Positions 12,468 through 24,836 of a DNA stretch of 64,000 nt are shown in pieces (position 1 is the stretch's first letter; every line of letters starts with the position of its first letter). The DNA is from Octopus sinensis. Lineage: Eukaryota. The translations under genes and the position numbers were made by a program. Location: assembly GCF_006345805.1 (NCBI RefSeq), contig NC_043010.1, positions 9,920,001 to 9,984,000 of the forward strand, in the 5' to 3' direction. The notes beneath the pieces were generated by a model. That model was not told where the DNA came from. It saw only the letters and a list, made by a program, of their open reading frames with translations, and ran no database searches.

Positions 12468-12879
12468 ACTCTTTACTCTTTTACTTGTTTCAGTCATTTG
12501 ACTGCGGCCATGCTGGAGCACCGCCTTTAGTCGAGCAAATCGACCCCAGGACTTATTCTTTGTAAGCCCAGTACTTATTCTATCGGTCTCTTTTGCCAAA
12601 CCGCTAAGTAACGGGGACATAAACACACCAGCATCAGTTGTCAAGCAATGCTAGGGGGACAAACACAGACATATAAACACACACACATACACATATATAT
12701 ATATATACATATATACGACAGGCTTCTTTCAGTTTCCGTCTACCAAATCCACTCACAAGTCATTGGTCGGTCCGGGGCTATAGCAGAAGACACTTGCCCA
12801 AGATGCCACACAGTGGAACTGAACCCAGGACCATGTGGTTGGTTAGCAAGCTACTTACCATACAGCCACTCCTGCGCCT
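12468..12879 (-). mobile_element. SINE family A, full length
   Basis: Matches the family A consensus. Confidence 0.9.
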
Positions 12880-13071
12880 ATATATATATAAAAAAAACAA
12901 TATCTATAGTGTCAAGACAAGAAAGCACTTTTTTATAATGAATTTAAGAATTATGAGGAATGATATAAATGAATTAAGAAATCTTTAAAAAAAAGAGTTC
13001 CCACTAGGTTTTTGTTTTCTTTCTCAAACTAAGACATTTTTATGCATATGTATCTATAAAAAAATGTAATG

Positions 13072-13405
13072 GACCCCCTTTGGTCATGAATGACCATGGA
13101 AGCACACCTAGAAAGTTATCCCCTGAGGCATAAGTCTATGCAAAATTGTTTATGGAAGACCAGCAATTGCCCATGCATACCAGCCTCCCCTCTGCATGCC
13201 ACCAATGTTATCCACAGGAATGGCAAAAGCTGACACGTTTTGGCACCACTGACATCGCAACTCATTTGTACAGGTGAGTGAACTGGAGCAATGTGAAATA
13301 AAGTGTCTTGCTCAAGAACATAACACGCAGTCTGGTCCAGGAATCGAACTCCCCACCTCATGATTGTGAGTCCCCTAGTCTAATCACTGAGCCATGCACC
13401 TTCAC
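13072..13405 (-). mobile_element. SINE family D (tRNA-derived head)
   Basis: Reverse complement of gtgaaggcgcatggctcagtggttag...ttcttgagcaagacactttatttcac...gaccgaagggggtc. Confidence 0.85.
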
Positions 13406-13420
13406 TTATATATATATATA

Positions 13421-13817
13421 CTAGCAGTATCGCCCGGCGTTGCTCAGGTTTGTAAGGGAAATAACTATATAAGCATTTTTAGAGAGTTATAACCAAAAAG
13501 TAGCAAAAAAATGCATTAAAAATGGAAAAAAAATTATGTTAAATTTTTTTTTAAATCGTTGACTCATCGTAGACATTTTTAGAGAGTTACTTCCCTTATA
13601 TAATAGCGAAAAAATGCATTAAAATGGAAGAAAATGATGGTAAATTTTTTTTAAATCGTAGACTCATCGTAGACGTGTGCTAATACCCAGAAGGGCTCGA
13701 TATGAATCACGACTATAAGATACCCGGTTTTGGTTAAACTGCACCGCAAACTGTGGGAGTAGTTAGGAATCTAAATCGTAGGAGACAGACACACAACTTC
13801 ACTTTTATATATAAAGA
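13421..13817 (-). mobile_element. Non-autonomous Helitron, copy 1
   Basis: Element strand starts TC, ends with a GC hairpin plus CTAG|T; same family as 42024-42420 and 56348-56742. Confidence 0.85.
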
Positions 13818-14028
13818 AGATATCATTCAACATATCCATACATACTTGATTTATTACACTCAGAGCAGACAAAACAGTAATTAATGTCTAATAAAAAGCA
13901 TGTCACCTTGTAAGATTGAAAGGTGAACTGTCCTTATGCAGAAAAGTGAGACTAAATGGATTGATGTGCATAACTACAGGCTAATTATATGTTATAATGA
14001 TTGTCTCAAACATGGCTATACTCTAGAT

Positions 14029-14247
14029 CAGTGCTTTTCAAACCTTTTGCTGGAGCGGAACCCCAAGGAAACATTCCACTGGCTCGAGGAACCCCTGCGC
14101 AATAATTTAATAGTCTTATGCACACATACCTGCACAGGAGAATAAAAAATTACTGCCGATTTTAGCAGTTTTGTAACTTCTTGCGGAACCCCTGGACTGT
14201 ACTGGCAGAACCCTAAGGTTCCGCGGAAGCCTGGTTGAAAATCACTG
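14029..14247. mobile_element. hAT-type MITE
   Basis: TIR cagtgcttttcaa / ttgaaaatcactg; perfect 8-bp TSD ctctagat at 14021-14028 and 14248-14255. Confidence 0.9.
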
Positions 14248-14350
14248 CTCTAGATACTTTAGAAAGAACATCATATGTATTTCAATAGGCTGAGACTTAA
14301 AATTATTGTAGGTACCAATCTTACTAATGTAGACTTCTTAGATGACTCAC

Positions 14351-14401
14351 TTGGCTTAGAATCAAAGGTTTTACAAATCTTTTCATTAATCAAATGAGAG
14401 A
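14351..14401 (-). CDS. Candidate 51-nt internal exon (unidentified)
   Basis: Acceptor ttatttataaaccttag, donor gtgagt, phase 1-1, reads SHLINEKICKTFDSKP. Confidence 0.2.
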
Positions 14402-14826
14402 CTAAGGTTTATAAATAAGTATTCCTGGCAACTTATTATAGTTGTTATAAACTTAATAACATTAGTAGAAGGATAGACAGTGCATGACCAAGTGGTAAAG
14501 GTGTTGTACTCATGATCTCAAGATCACAGTTTCAATTCCCTGACCAGATCTCAAGATCACAGTTTCAATTCCCTGACCAGATCTCAAGATCACAACTTCG
14601 ATTCCCATTGTTTACGGCAGCAAGCTGGTAGACTTATCAGCATGCTGAGCAAAATGCTTAGTGGCATTTAATCTGTCTTCACGTCCTGAGTTCAAATTCT
14701 GCCAAGGTCAGCTTTGCCCTTCATCCTTTCTGGCTTGATAAAACCAGTACCAGTTGCGCACTGAAACTGCTGGCCTTGTGTCCAAATTTCAAACCAATTT
14801 TTGTGAAAGGATTTCATACATTAACC

Positions 14827-14915
14827 CAATGTTTCTGAACCGGAGTTCCCCAGAACCCTAGGGTTCCATGGAAAGTTCCTAGGGGTTTCACGAAAGGTTC
14901 TTAGGGGTTCCACGT
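14827..14915 (+). mobile_element. Truncated hAT-type MITE end
   Basis: caatgtttctgaacc...cagaaccctagggttcc resembles the end of 14029-14247; no partner TIR found. Confidence 0.4.
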
Positions 14916-15100
14916 GAAAGAGGGAGATAAGCTAATGCTAATTTCATGACTGTAATATTACTATACATGCACAACATATTATTAGTTATTGTAATATTGT
15001 AATATAAGCATAATTTTATCTGACCTATTATGTTATCAAAAGAATATAACAACCATATATATATACATATATATATATGTGTATGTGTGTGTGTTTCTTT

Positions 15101-15600
15101 GAGCCTCACACTGCTTGACAGCCGGTGTTGGTGTGTTTATGTCCCTCTATCTTGTGAGTGAATTTGGTTGACAGAAATTGAAACCACACACACATGTTTG
15201 TGAGTATGTGTGTTTGAGCCTCACACTGCTTGACAGCCGGTGTTGGTGTGTTTATGTCCCAGTATCTTGTGAGTGAATTTGGTTGGCAGAAATTGAAAGA
15301 AGGACACTCACGTGTGTGTATGTGTGCACGGGTGGGCATATGAGTGCATGTGTGTGTGTGTGTGTATGTGTGTGTGTCTTTGTGTCTGTGTTTGATCCTC
15401 ACACTGCTTGGCAGCCGGTGTTGATGTGTTTATGTCCCTGTACCTTAGCAGTTCAGCAAAAGAGACTAACAGAATAAAGGAAAAGAAAAAGAGATATACT
15501 GGGGTCGATTCATTTGACAAAAATACTTCTCAAGGCAGTGTCCTAGCATGGCTGCAGTCTAACGATAGAAACAAGTGAAAGATAAAAGCTAAAAGATACC
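15101..15600 (+). mobile_element. Headless aged SINE family A with internal tandem repetition
   Basis: cctcacactgcttgacagccggtgttggtgtgtttatgtccc occurs three times. Confidence 0.7.
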
Positions 15601-15844
15601 AGTAATACGCTGTTGTCTAATTATCAATTATATTGCTTTCTTTATATATTGATCAGCTTTGAGCCTATTCTGAGGAGATTAGTATTAAAGGATAAAAAGG
15701 GAATAAAATATAAAACAAAGAAAGCCATTGCTTTATCTATTCTTTTACCTAATACACACTATTTTAATATAATATTACAAATTGGAAACCAACCGAAATT
15801 TAAAACAACAACAACAACAATAGTAATACCGACTACGGAACCAG

Positions 15845-15890
15845 AATACATACATACATACATATAAATAAATATATATATATATGTATA

Positions 15891-15934
<44 letters not shown>

Positions 15935-15969
15935 ATATATATATATGTATAGATATATATATATATATG

Positions 15970-16004
<35 letters not shown>

Positions 16005-16039
16005 CATATATATGTATATATATATATATGTATATATAT

Positions 16040-16092
<53 letters not shown>

Positions 16093-16123
16093 TATGTATA
16101 TATATATTGTATATATATATATG

Positions 16124-16190
<67 letters not shown>
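15845..16190. repeat. Interrupted (TA)n microsatellite
   Basis: Directly visible. Confidence 0.95.
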
Positions 16191-16192
<2 letters not shown>

Positions 16193-16365
16193 GTTTACAG
16201 CCAACAGATCTATGACTTTATGGCAGATAAAAAGATACCAGTCTATTAGATGTCAAGTGCATGTAGAAACTGGCTACAAATATTGTTACTAATGGACTAG
16301 ATATATATATATACATAAAAAAAGAAATAAATAAACAAAATATGCCAGATTTTTATACCATCAAT

Positions 16366-16410
<45 letters not shown>

Positions 16411-16841
16411 CAAGAAACTATATTTTATCTCTGAGCAGATAGTAAGGCTTAGGGAATAAGTTAAAGCTCTTAGCACCTCATGCAATACATCAAAAGCAAC
16501 AGAAATATAAGTAGAATAGAAAAGTAAAAAAAAATATATATATATATGATGAAATGGAAGGTGGAGAAATAAGGAAAAAAACATGAATGGGAAAATATAT
16601 AACATCATAGAAAAAAATATTCCATGAGGATTAGCAACTGGCATTATGACCTGCTGCAAAGCCATTGCCGCCACCACCACCACCAACACCAACACCACCA
16701 ACACCAACACCACCACCACCACCATTATTATTACCTATGGTTGACCACCCATAACAAGGATATGAAGCAAGTTGTCTCCCTTGTCTTTTTTAACAAGAAT
16801 TAATCATTATGGTTAACATGTTTTTTTTCTTTTCACTACAG

Positions 16842-16892
16842 GTGTTTGTTCATTAATTTTTATGTTTGTTTTATTTTTTCATGCTAACATAG
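16842..16892 (+). CDS. Candidate 51-nt internal exon (hydrophobic; could also be non-coding)
   Basis: Acceptor ttttttttcttttcactacag, donor AG|gtaaga; only the phase 1-1 frame (VCSLIFMFVLFFHANI) is open. Confidence 0.25.
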
Positions 16893-16915
16893 GTAAGATG
16901 AATATATATTATTAC

Positions 16916-18537
16916 AGTGGCTGGTAAGAGCTGTGCAAACTCTGTACAGGGGTGCTGTCAGTAAGGTGAGGTTTGGCAACGAATATAGTGAAGAATTCCA
17001 AGTAGAAGTAGAGATTCACCAAGGATCAGTCCTAAGCCCCCTCTAATTCATTAGTCCTCCAGGCAATAATAGAGGAATTCAAGGCAGGCTGCCCCTGGGA
17101 GCTCCTCTATGCTGATGATCTTGCTCTAATAGCTGAGTCACTGCCAGAACTGGGGATGAAGTTTAGGGTGTGGAAGCAAAGTCTAGAAGTGAGGGGCCTT
17201 AGGGTTAACCTAGCCAAAGCCAAAGTCTTAGTAAGTAGGAAGGCTGTCAAATCACAAACCCCTTCTGGTTGATGGCCCTGCTCGATCTGTAGAAAAGGCG
17301 TTGGTAGAAACTCCATGTGATGTACCCGATGTAAGCTATGGACACATAAAAGGTGCAGCAATATCAAAGGAAGATTAACTGGGAAAATAGTTTTTGTGTG
17401 TGACAGATGCACTGGGGCAATAAAGATGTACAGAAAACAGATTCCATTGCCAAGGGAAGACACTAGAAGTAGTTCATAGCTTCTGCTATCTAGGTGACCA
17501 AGTCTGTAGTGGGGGTGGTTGCTCTGAGAGTGTAGCAACTAGAGTAAGAATAGCCCGGGCAAAGTGCAGGGAACTACTACCTCTGCTGGCGACAAAGGGT
17601 GTCTCGCTCAGGGTGGACGGTATATTGTATGATGCATGTGTGTGAACTGCCATGCTACATGGCAGTGAAACATGGGCTATGAATGCTGAGGACATGCATA
17701 AGCTTGAAAGAAATGAAGCTAGTATGATCCGCTGGATGTGTAATGTCAGTGTGCATATACAACAGAGTGTAAATGCCCTGAGAGAAAAGGTGGGCATAAG
17801 AAGCATCAAATATGGCGTGTGAGAGAGGTGACTGTGGTGGTATGGCCATGTGTTACATATAAATGAAGACAGCTGTGTGAAGAAGTGCCACTCCCTAACT
17901 GTAGAAGGAATCTGTGGTAGAGGTAGACCCAGGAAGACATGGGATGAGGTGGTAAAATATGACCTTCGAACATTGGGCCTCATGGAGGCAATAACAGGAG
18001 ACTGGGACTTTTGGAGATATGCTGTGATTGAGAAGACTTGACAACTAAAGTGAGATCGCAGCCACACACGTCCAGCCCTGTTAAGAATACTTCTGATGCA
18101 TTGGGCGATATGATATGCTTGAGAAGACCTGATGAGTCAAGTAAAACCAAAATCGTAGCTAGGGCCAGTGACCCCTGACTGGCTCCTGTGCTAATGGCAT
18201 GTAAAAAGCACCATCCAAACATGGTCAATGCCAGGCACACCTTACTGGCTCCAGTGCCGGTGGCATGTAAAAAGCACCAACCTATTGTGACCGATGCCAG
18301 TACCCTGCCATGTGATCTTTGCCAGGCCTGCCTTACTGGCACCTGTGCCGGTGGCATGTAAAAAGCATCCACTACATTCTCAGAGTGGTTGGCATTAGGA
18401 AGGGCATCCAGCTGTAGAAACTCTGCCAAACCAGATTAGAGCCTGGTGCAGCCGCTGAATCTCCAGACTTCAATCAAACCGTCCAACCCATGCCAGCATG
18501 GAAAACGGACGTTAATCGATGATGATGATAATGATGA
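16916..18537 (+). mobile_element. 5'-truncated RTE-clade LINE (older subfamily), disrupted ORF2 plus 3' UTR
   Basis: HQGSVLSP, LYADDL at about 17105, Cys-rich insert, LHGSETW, W.GHV...GRGRPRKTW; UTR ends ccatgccagcatggaaaacggacg(GAT)n; contains stops and frameshifts. Confidence 0.92.
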
Positions 18538-18734
18538 CAGCTTGGTTTTACAGCTAGATACTCATTCTGCTACCATCCCTTACATACCTTTTTTTTTTTT
18601 GGCAAGTAAGGATCCCTTATTCTACATATCTATTTTGAAAGTGCACAGTCAATGAATGATTTGTGGATGGATACACACACACACACACACTTATAATTTT
18701 AATTAATTAATTAAAACATTATTAAGGTGATGTA

Positions 18735-19290
18735 TTGACAGAGTCATTAGAGTGTTAATCAAAATGCCTTGCAGAATTTATTCTAACTCCTTGTGTTCTG
18801 ATTTCAAATCTCTCCAAGGTCAACTTAACCTTCTGAGATTGATAAAGTACTGATATATACCTATTTCTTTATTACCCACAAGGGGCTAAACACAGAGGGG
18901 ACAAACAAGGACAGACAAATGGATTAAGTCGATTATATCGACCCCAGTGCGTAACTGGTACTTAATTAATCGACCCCGAAAGGATGAAAGGCAAAGTCGA
19001 CCTCGGCGGAATTTGAACTCAGAACGTAACGGCAGACGAAATACGGCTACACATTTCGCCCTGCGGGCTAACGTTTCTGCCAGCTCGCCGCCTTAAGTAC
19101 TGATATATACTGGCAAGCTGGCACTCCAATCGGTTATGATGACAAGGGTTCCATTTGGCCTGACCATCAGGACAGCTTGCTCCTGAAATTAACATGCAAG
19201 TGGCTGACCCCACAACAAACACGTGCACTCTTAACGTAGTTCTCGGGGATATTCAGTGTGACTGAGAAAGTGATAAGGATGGCCTTTTAT
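18735..19290 (+). mobile_element. Aged SINE family I (B-like core, different tail), interrupted by SINE B
   Basis: B-like core before 18860; tail ggcactccaatcggttatgatgacaaggg...cttaacgtagttctcgggga resumes after 19110. Confidence 0.55.
18861..19094 (-). mobile_element. SINE family B with 16-bp TSD
   Basis: aagtactgatatatac at 18845-18860 and 19095-19110. Confidence 0.92.
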
Positions 19291-19519
19291 ATCAGCCAAG
19301 TAGACTGGTGCAAAGTGAAGTAAAGCATCTTACGCAAGGTCACAACATGCCACCAGGAATCGAACTTGTGAGACCTTACAATCATGAGTCAATTACCCAA
19401 CCCACTAAGCCACGTATATTCACCATGAACTGATCTAGGGTAGTCGACTGATTGTATTGTAAGAACTTCAGATGGGATCTTTGTGCCATTTAGTTTGGTT
19501 TTCAGCATTTTGAGTTTAA

Positions 19520-20379
19520 CCTCTTAACACATATTTTTTTCAATTTCCATGCAAAAATATCATTGATTTTTTTATTATTTACTTTGAATCTGTACATAAA
19601 GAAGAATAAGTACACAAATTATTTTGAATCAGTTATTATTTATTATGAAGTTACTGATAAAAATTCAAGTTACTGACACTTAATGATAGAAAACGGTAAT
19701 AGCGTCGTGAACGAAATATTTCCGGTTAGAAATAAGTGACAGATACCTCAGAGTACAGTGAATGTATATTTTGGTTCAAATATATATTTACTGACCGAGA
19801 CCTATGGAAGTATGCTGTGCATGAGAAGACCCGGCAGGACTAGTAAGACCATAACCCATGGCCTCTACCTGGGATGTAGCCAGTCGACTTATGCATACCT
19901 TTCCTTTTTGGGACACAAAGCTCCACTTGTGAAGACCCGTTGAGGCAAGTGGAAATCAAAAATCAGAACCAAAATTGAAGTCGGTCAACATCAATGGAAA
20001 TTGCAGCTGTGATACCAGTGCCGGTGGCACGTAAGCGAACCATCCGATCGTGACTGTTGCCAGCGCCGCCCCGACTGGCCTCCGTGCCAGTGGCACGCAA
20101 AAATCACCATCCGATCGTGGCAGTTGCCAGCCTTGCCTGGCCCCCGTGCTGGTGGCACGTAAACAGCACCATCCGTCCATGGCCGTTTGCCAGCCCAGTC
20201 TGGCATCTGTGCCGGTGGCACATAAAAAGCACCCACTACACTCACGGAGTGGTTGGCATTAGGAAGGGCATCCAGCCGTAGAAACATTTCAAGATCAGAC
20301 TGGGTCTGGTGCAGCCTTCTGGCTTCCCAGACCCCGGTCGAACCATCCAACCCATGCTAGCATGGAAAACGGATGCTAA

Positions 20380-20423
<44 letters not shown>

Positions 20424-20466
20424 AAACATATCCAAACAAAAATATACGGGGTAATATGTTAAGAGG
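19520..20466. mobile_element. piggyBac-type MITE carrying a nested RTE 3' end
   Basis: TTAA|cctcttaaca ... tgttaagagg|TTAA (19516-19519, 20467-20470). Confidence 0.7.
19790..20421 (+). mobile_element. RTE LINE 3' end (last codons plus full 3' UTR)
   Basis: gaccgagacctatggaagtatgctgtg... then hairpin-repeat UTR and (GAT)n tail. Confidence 0.88.
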
Positions 20467-22571
20467 TTAAGTCCTGTTTTGTGGTAGATTTTACTTGGTC
20501 ATCTGATTCTAATATCATCCTTTGCCTGACAGCACTTTTAGTAGAAATATCCATGATGATGATTCTGCCTGTTCACTGCCTTTCCAGGACTGAATGATAA
20601 TGGTTTTAAACTTTAGTACAAAGCCAACAATTTCAGGGGTAAATTGAATACATCAACCCCCATTGCAAAACTGCTACTTATTTTAATGACCCCCAAAAGG
20701 ATGAGAGACAAAGTCGACCTCAGCAGAATTTGAACTGAGGATGTAAAGATGCACAAAATACCTTTTTCTTTACTACCCACAAGGGGCTAAACACAGAGAG
20801 GACAAACAAGGACAGATAAATGGATTAAGTCGATTATATCAACCCCAGTGCACACACAAACACACACAAACACATGCATTCTCACACACACATACACACA
20901 CAAACACACATGCATTCTCACACACACATGCACACACACAATGTGAGTTTCATTCAAAATGTGCTCTTAACAAGGCTGCTTTTTGTTTAAGCTAAAGTGA
21001 GCTCCGATTGAGTAGAGTTCAATAGCTGAACTATGATCAAATATTTTCCATCCGTGATCATTCCATGATTTTACAACATGTAAGACTATTTGAATATCGT
21101 AGGGTGTAGCTTGAGTGAGATTAGGCAGCTATATCTAGCAGATGGAATGGCCAATGTAGAAGCTTCCTTGGTATTCTGAACCTTAAAAACTTCTCAGTAT
21201 TTTCCTTGTTCTTCATCCATGAGTAATTAAAACCCAACTGATTGCTTGACCTCTTCTTTTCCTCTCAAGGTACTTGCAGATCTGTTACATGGAAATTTTA
21301 TTCCATGATCTATTTACATACGCGCATTGCACTGCACTGCGTGACAAGTCACACACTTTGTAAACTTTATTCTACACACAGTACTGACTTCTTATTTTAA
21401 TGCAATTCCGATTTTCAAAGGATTTATATTGCAATGTGAAATGCTGAGATGTGAGCTGTTCAGGTCACATAAGGGAAATAAAGAAAAGGAGAACAAAGCC
21501 GAACCAGCACGACTGTAATGTTTTCTTTATACAGCAAGAAAGATGAAGAACAGAGATAGCTAACTACCAAGGTTAACTTTATGGAAGAAGGCATTCATAA
21601 GAATTGGAAGAAGTGGGATAAAAGAACCGGTTTTTTTTTTTCTTTCTATTTCCTACAGACTTTTCTCATTAGTCATAAAAACAAGTGGAAGCTTAGCTTA
21701 TGTCTGATCAACTGCATCATAAAAACGGCCCTTGTTGTCAGCGAAATTCTCAAATACAATGGTTGGGTCAGATGAGAAAGAATAAAAAAAATAAATAAAA
21801 GTAAGCCTGCATATAAGCGTGTGTGTGTGTGTTTGTGTGTGTGTGCATTGAAACTGGGTAAATTGTATCTGTCAGGAAAGAAACTTGGGTTGACTATGAT
21901 GTGGAGAACTAATAATGAAAGACATCCGTTTTAACTGACATGAAAAGTGTGAATCTTTGTGAAGCTACTTTGCTTTGTAGTACTCCAACCAATTTGGGAA
22001 TTACACATAAAGATTGAATATATTTCAATATACTTTACCTTGTGTAATAGGAGAGAAAAATATGAAGAAGAGAGAGAGAGAGAGAGAGAGAGTGAGAGAG
22101 AGACAGAGAGACAAACAGAGTAATGATATATTACAAATGATAATGCTGGTTTCTAAAATGGGCACAAGGCCTCATAAATGGAGAAGTGGTATACATGGAA
22201 AAGGAGTATAGTCAGGATTTATAAAAGGTGGAATTAAGCCATCACATCAGTCTGGAACCCTCAGAGAGTCTAGAAGGAGCACATGAATATCTGGCAGTCC
22301 CCTTTCTCCAAAGGAAAGTGCTGAATTCTCTTTGAATTATAAGAGGACTTGTGTCTAGGAGCTCAAACCAGTCAGTCTTCTAAGGGTTTTGCAAAATGAA
22401 AACTGTTCAAAGAGATTTTGGATATAGTTGATTACATTGTGCCAAGTACTTGACTGGTACATCATTTTTATTGACCTCAGAAAGCTGAACGGCAACATTG
22501 GCCAGGTTGAGATTTGATCTGAGAATCAAATCTGATACAGCGAGGTGTTATATCCAGCAATAAGAGCATAC

Positions 22572-22780
22572 ATACAAGGCCTGATCGGAAAATATCAGAA
22601 CTGTTTCTGTTTTAACAGGGTTAAAGTTTGCTGAGTGAAACCACTTGGCACAGATTAAGCTTGAACTCCGTCACGCATTCTTTCTAAGTAATAAAGGCTC
22701 TCACTCATTACTGTTTTTTGTTGATGTCAGTGCTTGGAAGTAAGGTATGTAGAGTGTGGTCATTGAATAGAACTGCATGT
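22572..22780 (+). mobile_element. Possible mariner-like 5' end fragment
   Basis: tacaaggcctgatcggaaaatatcagaac resembles mariner TIRs; no transposase ORF or second TIR. Confidence 0.3.
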
Positions 22781-22829
22781 ATCTGGTGAGTAGCAAAAGT
22801 CATAAATATACATATATATATAGTATAGT

Positions 22830-23166
22830 GACCCCCTTCGGTCAGACACTGACCATGGGTTTGCACCTAGAGAGTTACTCTCTGAGGCACAAGTCTGGGC
22901 AAGGTTGTTTCATGGAAGACCAGCAGTCGCCCATGCATACCGGCCTCCCCTCTCCACGTCACCGATGTTGTCCAAGGGAAAAGCAAAGGGGCCGATACAG
23001 CTTGGCACCTGTGACGTCGCAACTCATTTCTACAGCTGAGTGAACTGGAGCAACGTGAAATAAAGTGTCTTGCTCAAGAACACAACACGCAGCCCGGTCC
23101 GGGATTTGAGCTCACAACCTCACGATCGTAAGCTCGATGCTCTAACCACTGAGCTACGCGCCTTCA
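22830..23166 (-). mobile_element. SINE family D, full length
   Basis: Matches the family D copies. Confidence 0.9.
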
Positions 23167-23180
23167 TATATATATATATA

Positions 23181-23434
23181 TGAATAAATGAAAGAATGGA
23201 GTCGAACGAAGATGTTAACAAAATTCCTTTACTCTCGACACATGTTTCTGCATGAAGTGCAGTTGGTCTCTTGTTGTTTCAACCTCACTTGTATCACTGC
23301 TTTTATAACCGAAAACACTGGAAAGTGGGTTTATTCCTGCCAATGCTTTATCCACTTAAATCCGTGCACTAAAACTCTCAGAATGCTTGCATGGACTTAT
23401 TGACCTCGTTCAACTCCATTCTTTCATTTATTCA
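23181..23434. mobile_element. 254-bp element with 29-bp terminal inverted repeats (MITE or Penelope-derived)
   Basis: tgaataaatgaaagaatggagtcgaacga (23181-23209) vs 23406-23434, one mismatch; TA on both flanks. Confidence 0.7.
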
Positions 23435-24206
23435 TATACAACACACAAATTTCTACACATGACACCGGAGTTTCTACCCTTGACAGGTCGCTTCGACCGT
23501 GTTTTCTGACATGAATTTGCTACCCAGGTTTCGGTTAAACGAATTTTCCATGCTGACGATAAACATAGAATAATTCATTCACCTACATATATATATATAT
23601 ATATCAATAATAACAAAGGGTAAAATTAATTAATTAAGAAGTAATCAATAATTTCACCAAGTAGAATTCGACATGAAAAAGGAACCATTTCATGGTAAAC
23701 TTAAGTAATACTAAATAATTAGGGTTCAGCAAAGATTTGCTTTACCACATACCGAACTTTAGAAATAGCAGCCAAAAAACGCTAGCTATTTCTTCTACTT
23801 TTAAAAGGGACTCCCAGAAAAACCAAAATACTTGAAAACAATCCACACATATATATTATTCAAATATAAATTAAAAACAGAACACAAAGGATATTGCGGT
23901 ACACGTGTTTCAAGCTTAATAAACAATCCGTTATTACATCAGCATATTAATGATATAAAAAATGCCACCTCTGCCACTATCTGGCATATACAGGTGCTTA
24001 CACTTATCAAGTATTCACTCTAAATTTACAGTACCTACTTAAATATATATATATACATATATGGCTGTGTGGTAAGAAGCTTGCTTCCAGCCACATAGTT
24101 CCATGTTCAGTCCCACTGTGTGGCAACTTGAGCAAGTGTCTTCTACTATAGCCTTGGGCTGACCAAAGTCTTGTGAAAGGATTTGATAGACGGAAACTGA
24201 AAGAAA

Positions 24207-24495
24207 TTATCCTCCAAGGCACAAGACCGAGCAAGGTTATTTATGGAAGACCAGCAGTCACCCATGCATGCCAGCCTCTCCTCTCCATGCCACCGATGTT
24301 GTCCAAGGGAAAGCAAAGGCTGATACAGCTTGGCACAGGTGAAATCACAACTCATTTCTACATCTAAGTGAACTGGAGCAACGTGAAATAAAGTGTCTTG
24401 CTCAAGAACACAACACACAGACCGGTCCAGGAATCAAACTCACAGCCTTACGATAGCAAGCTTGATGCTCTAACCACTGAGCCAATTGCTTTCAC
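24207..24495 (-). mobile_element. SINE family D, truncating a family A 5' half (24061-24204, +)
   Basis: Matches the family D body and head. Confidence 0.8.
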
Positions 24496-24836
24496 AGCGG
24501 AAATTAGCTCATTACCAAAGAAGCCCACTTCGTAATCTCAATAAGTCCATGCAAGCATTCTGAGAGTTCTAGTGCACGGATTTAAGTGGATAAAGCATTG
24601 GCAGGAGTAAACCCACTTTCCAGTGATTCAAATGCTAATCAGCCCACAGCTGGGACCCTAACTAGTATTACTACTCCAGGTCAGAGTAAACCTGGGAGCA
24701 ATAGTAGATAAGAGATGGTTCCACATTCCTCAAATACCAGGAATTCCTATACTGGGGCCCAGATGCAGTTTAAAGTCATATCCAAGAAATCATATTTATA
24801 TACATACATACATACATACATATATATATATAGAGA

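Noticed and set aside
19695-19745. CpG/ETS-like (ttccgg) promoter-looking patch
   Set aside because: Lies inside the TTAA-flanked MITE 19520-20466; no independent promoter evidence.
21511-21530. gt...ag segment that would join two short frames
   Set aside because: A 20-nt intron is too short for a typical metazoan spliceosome.
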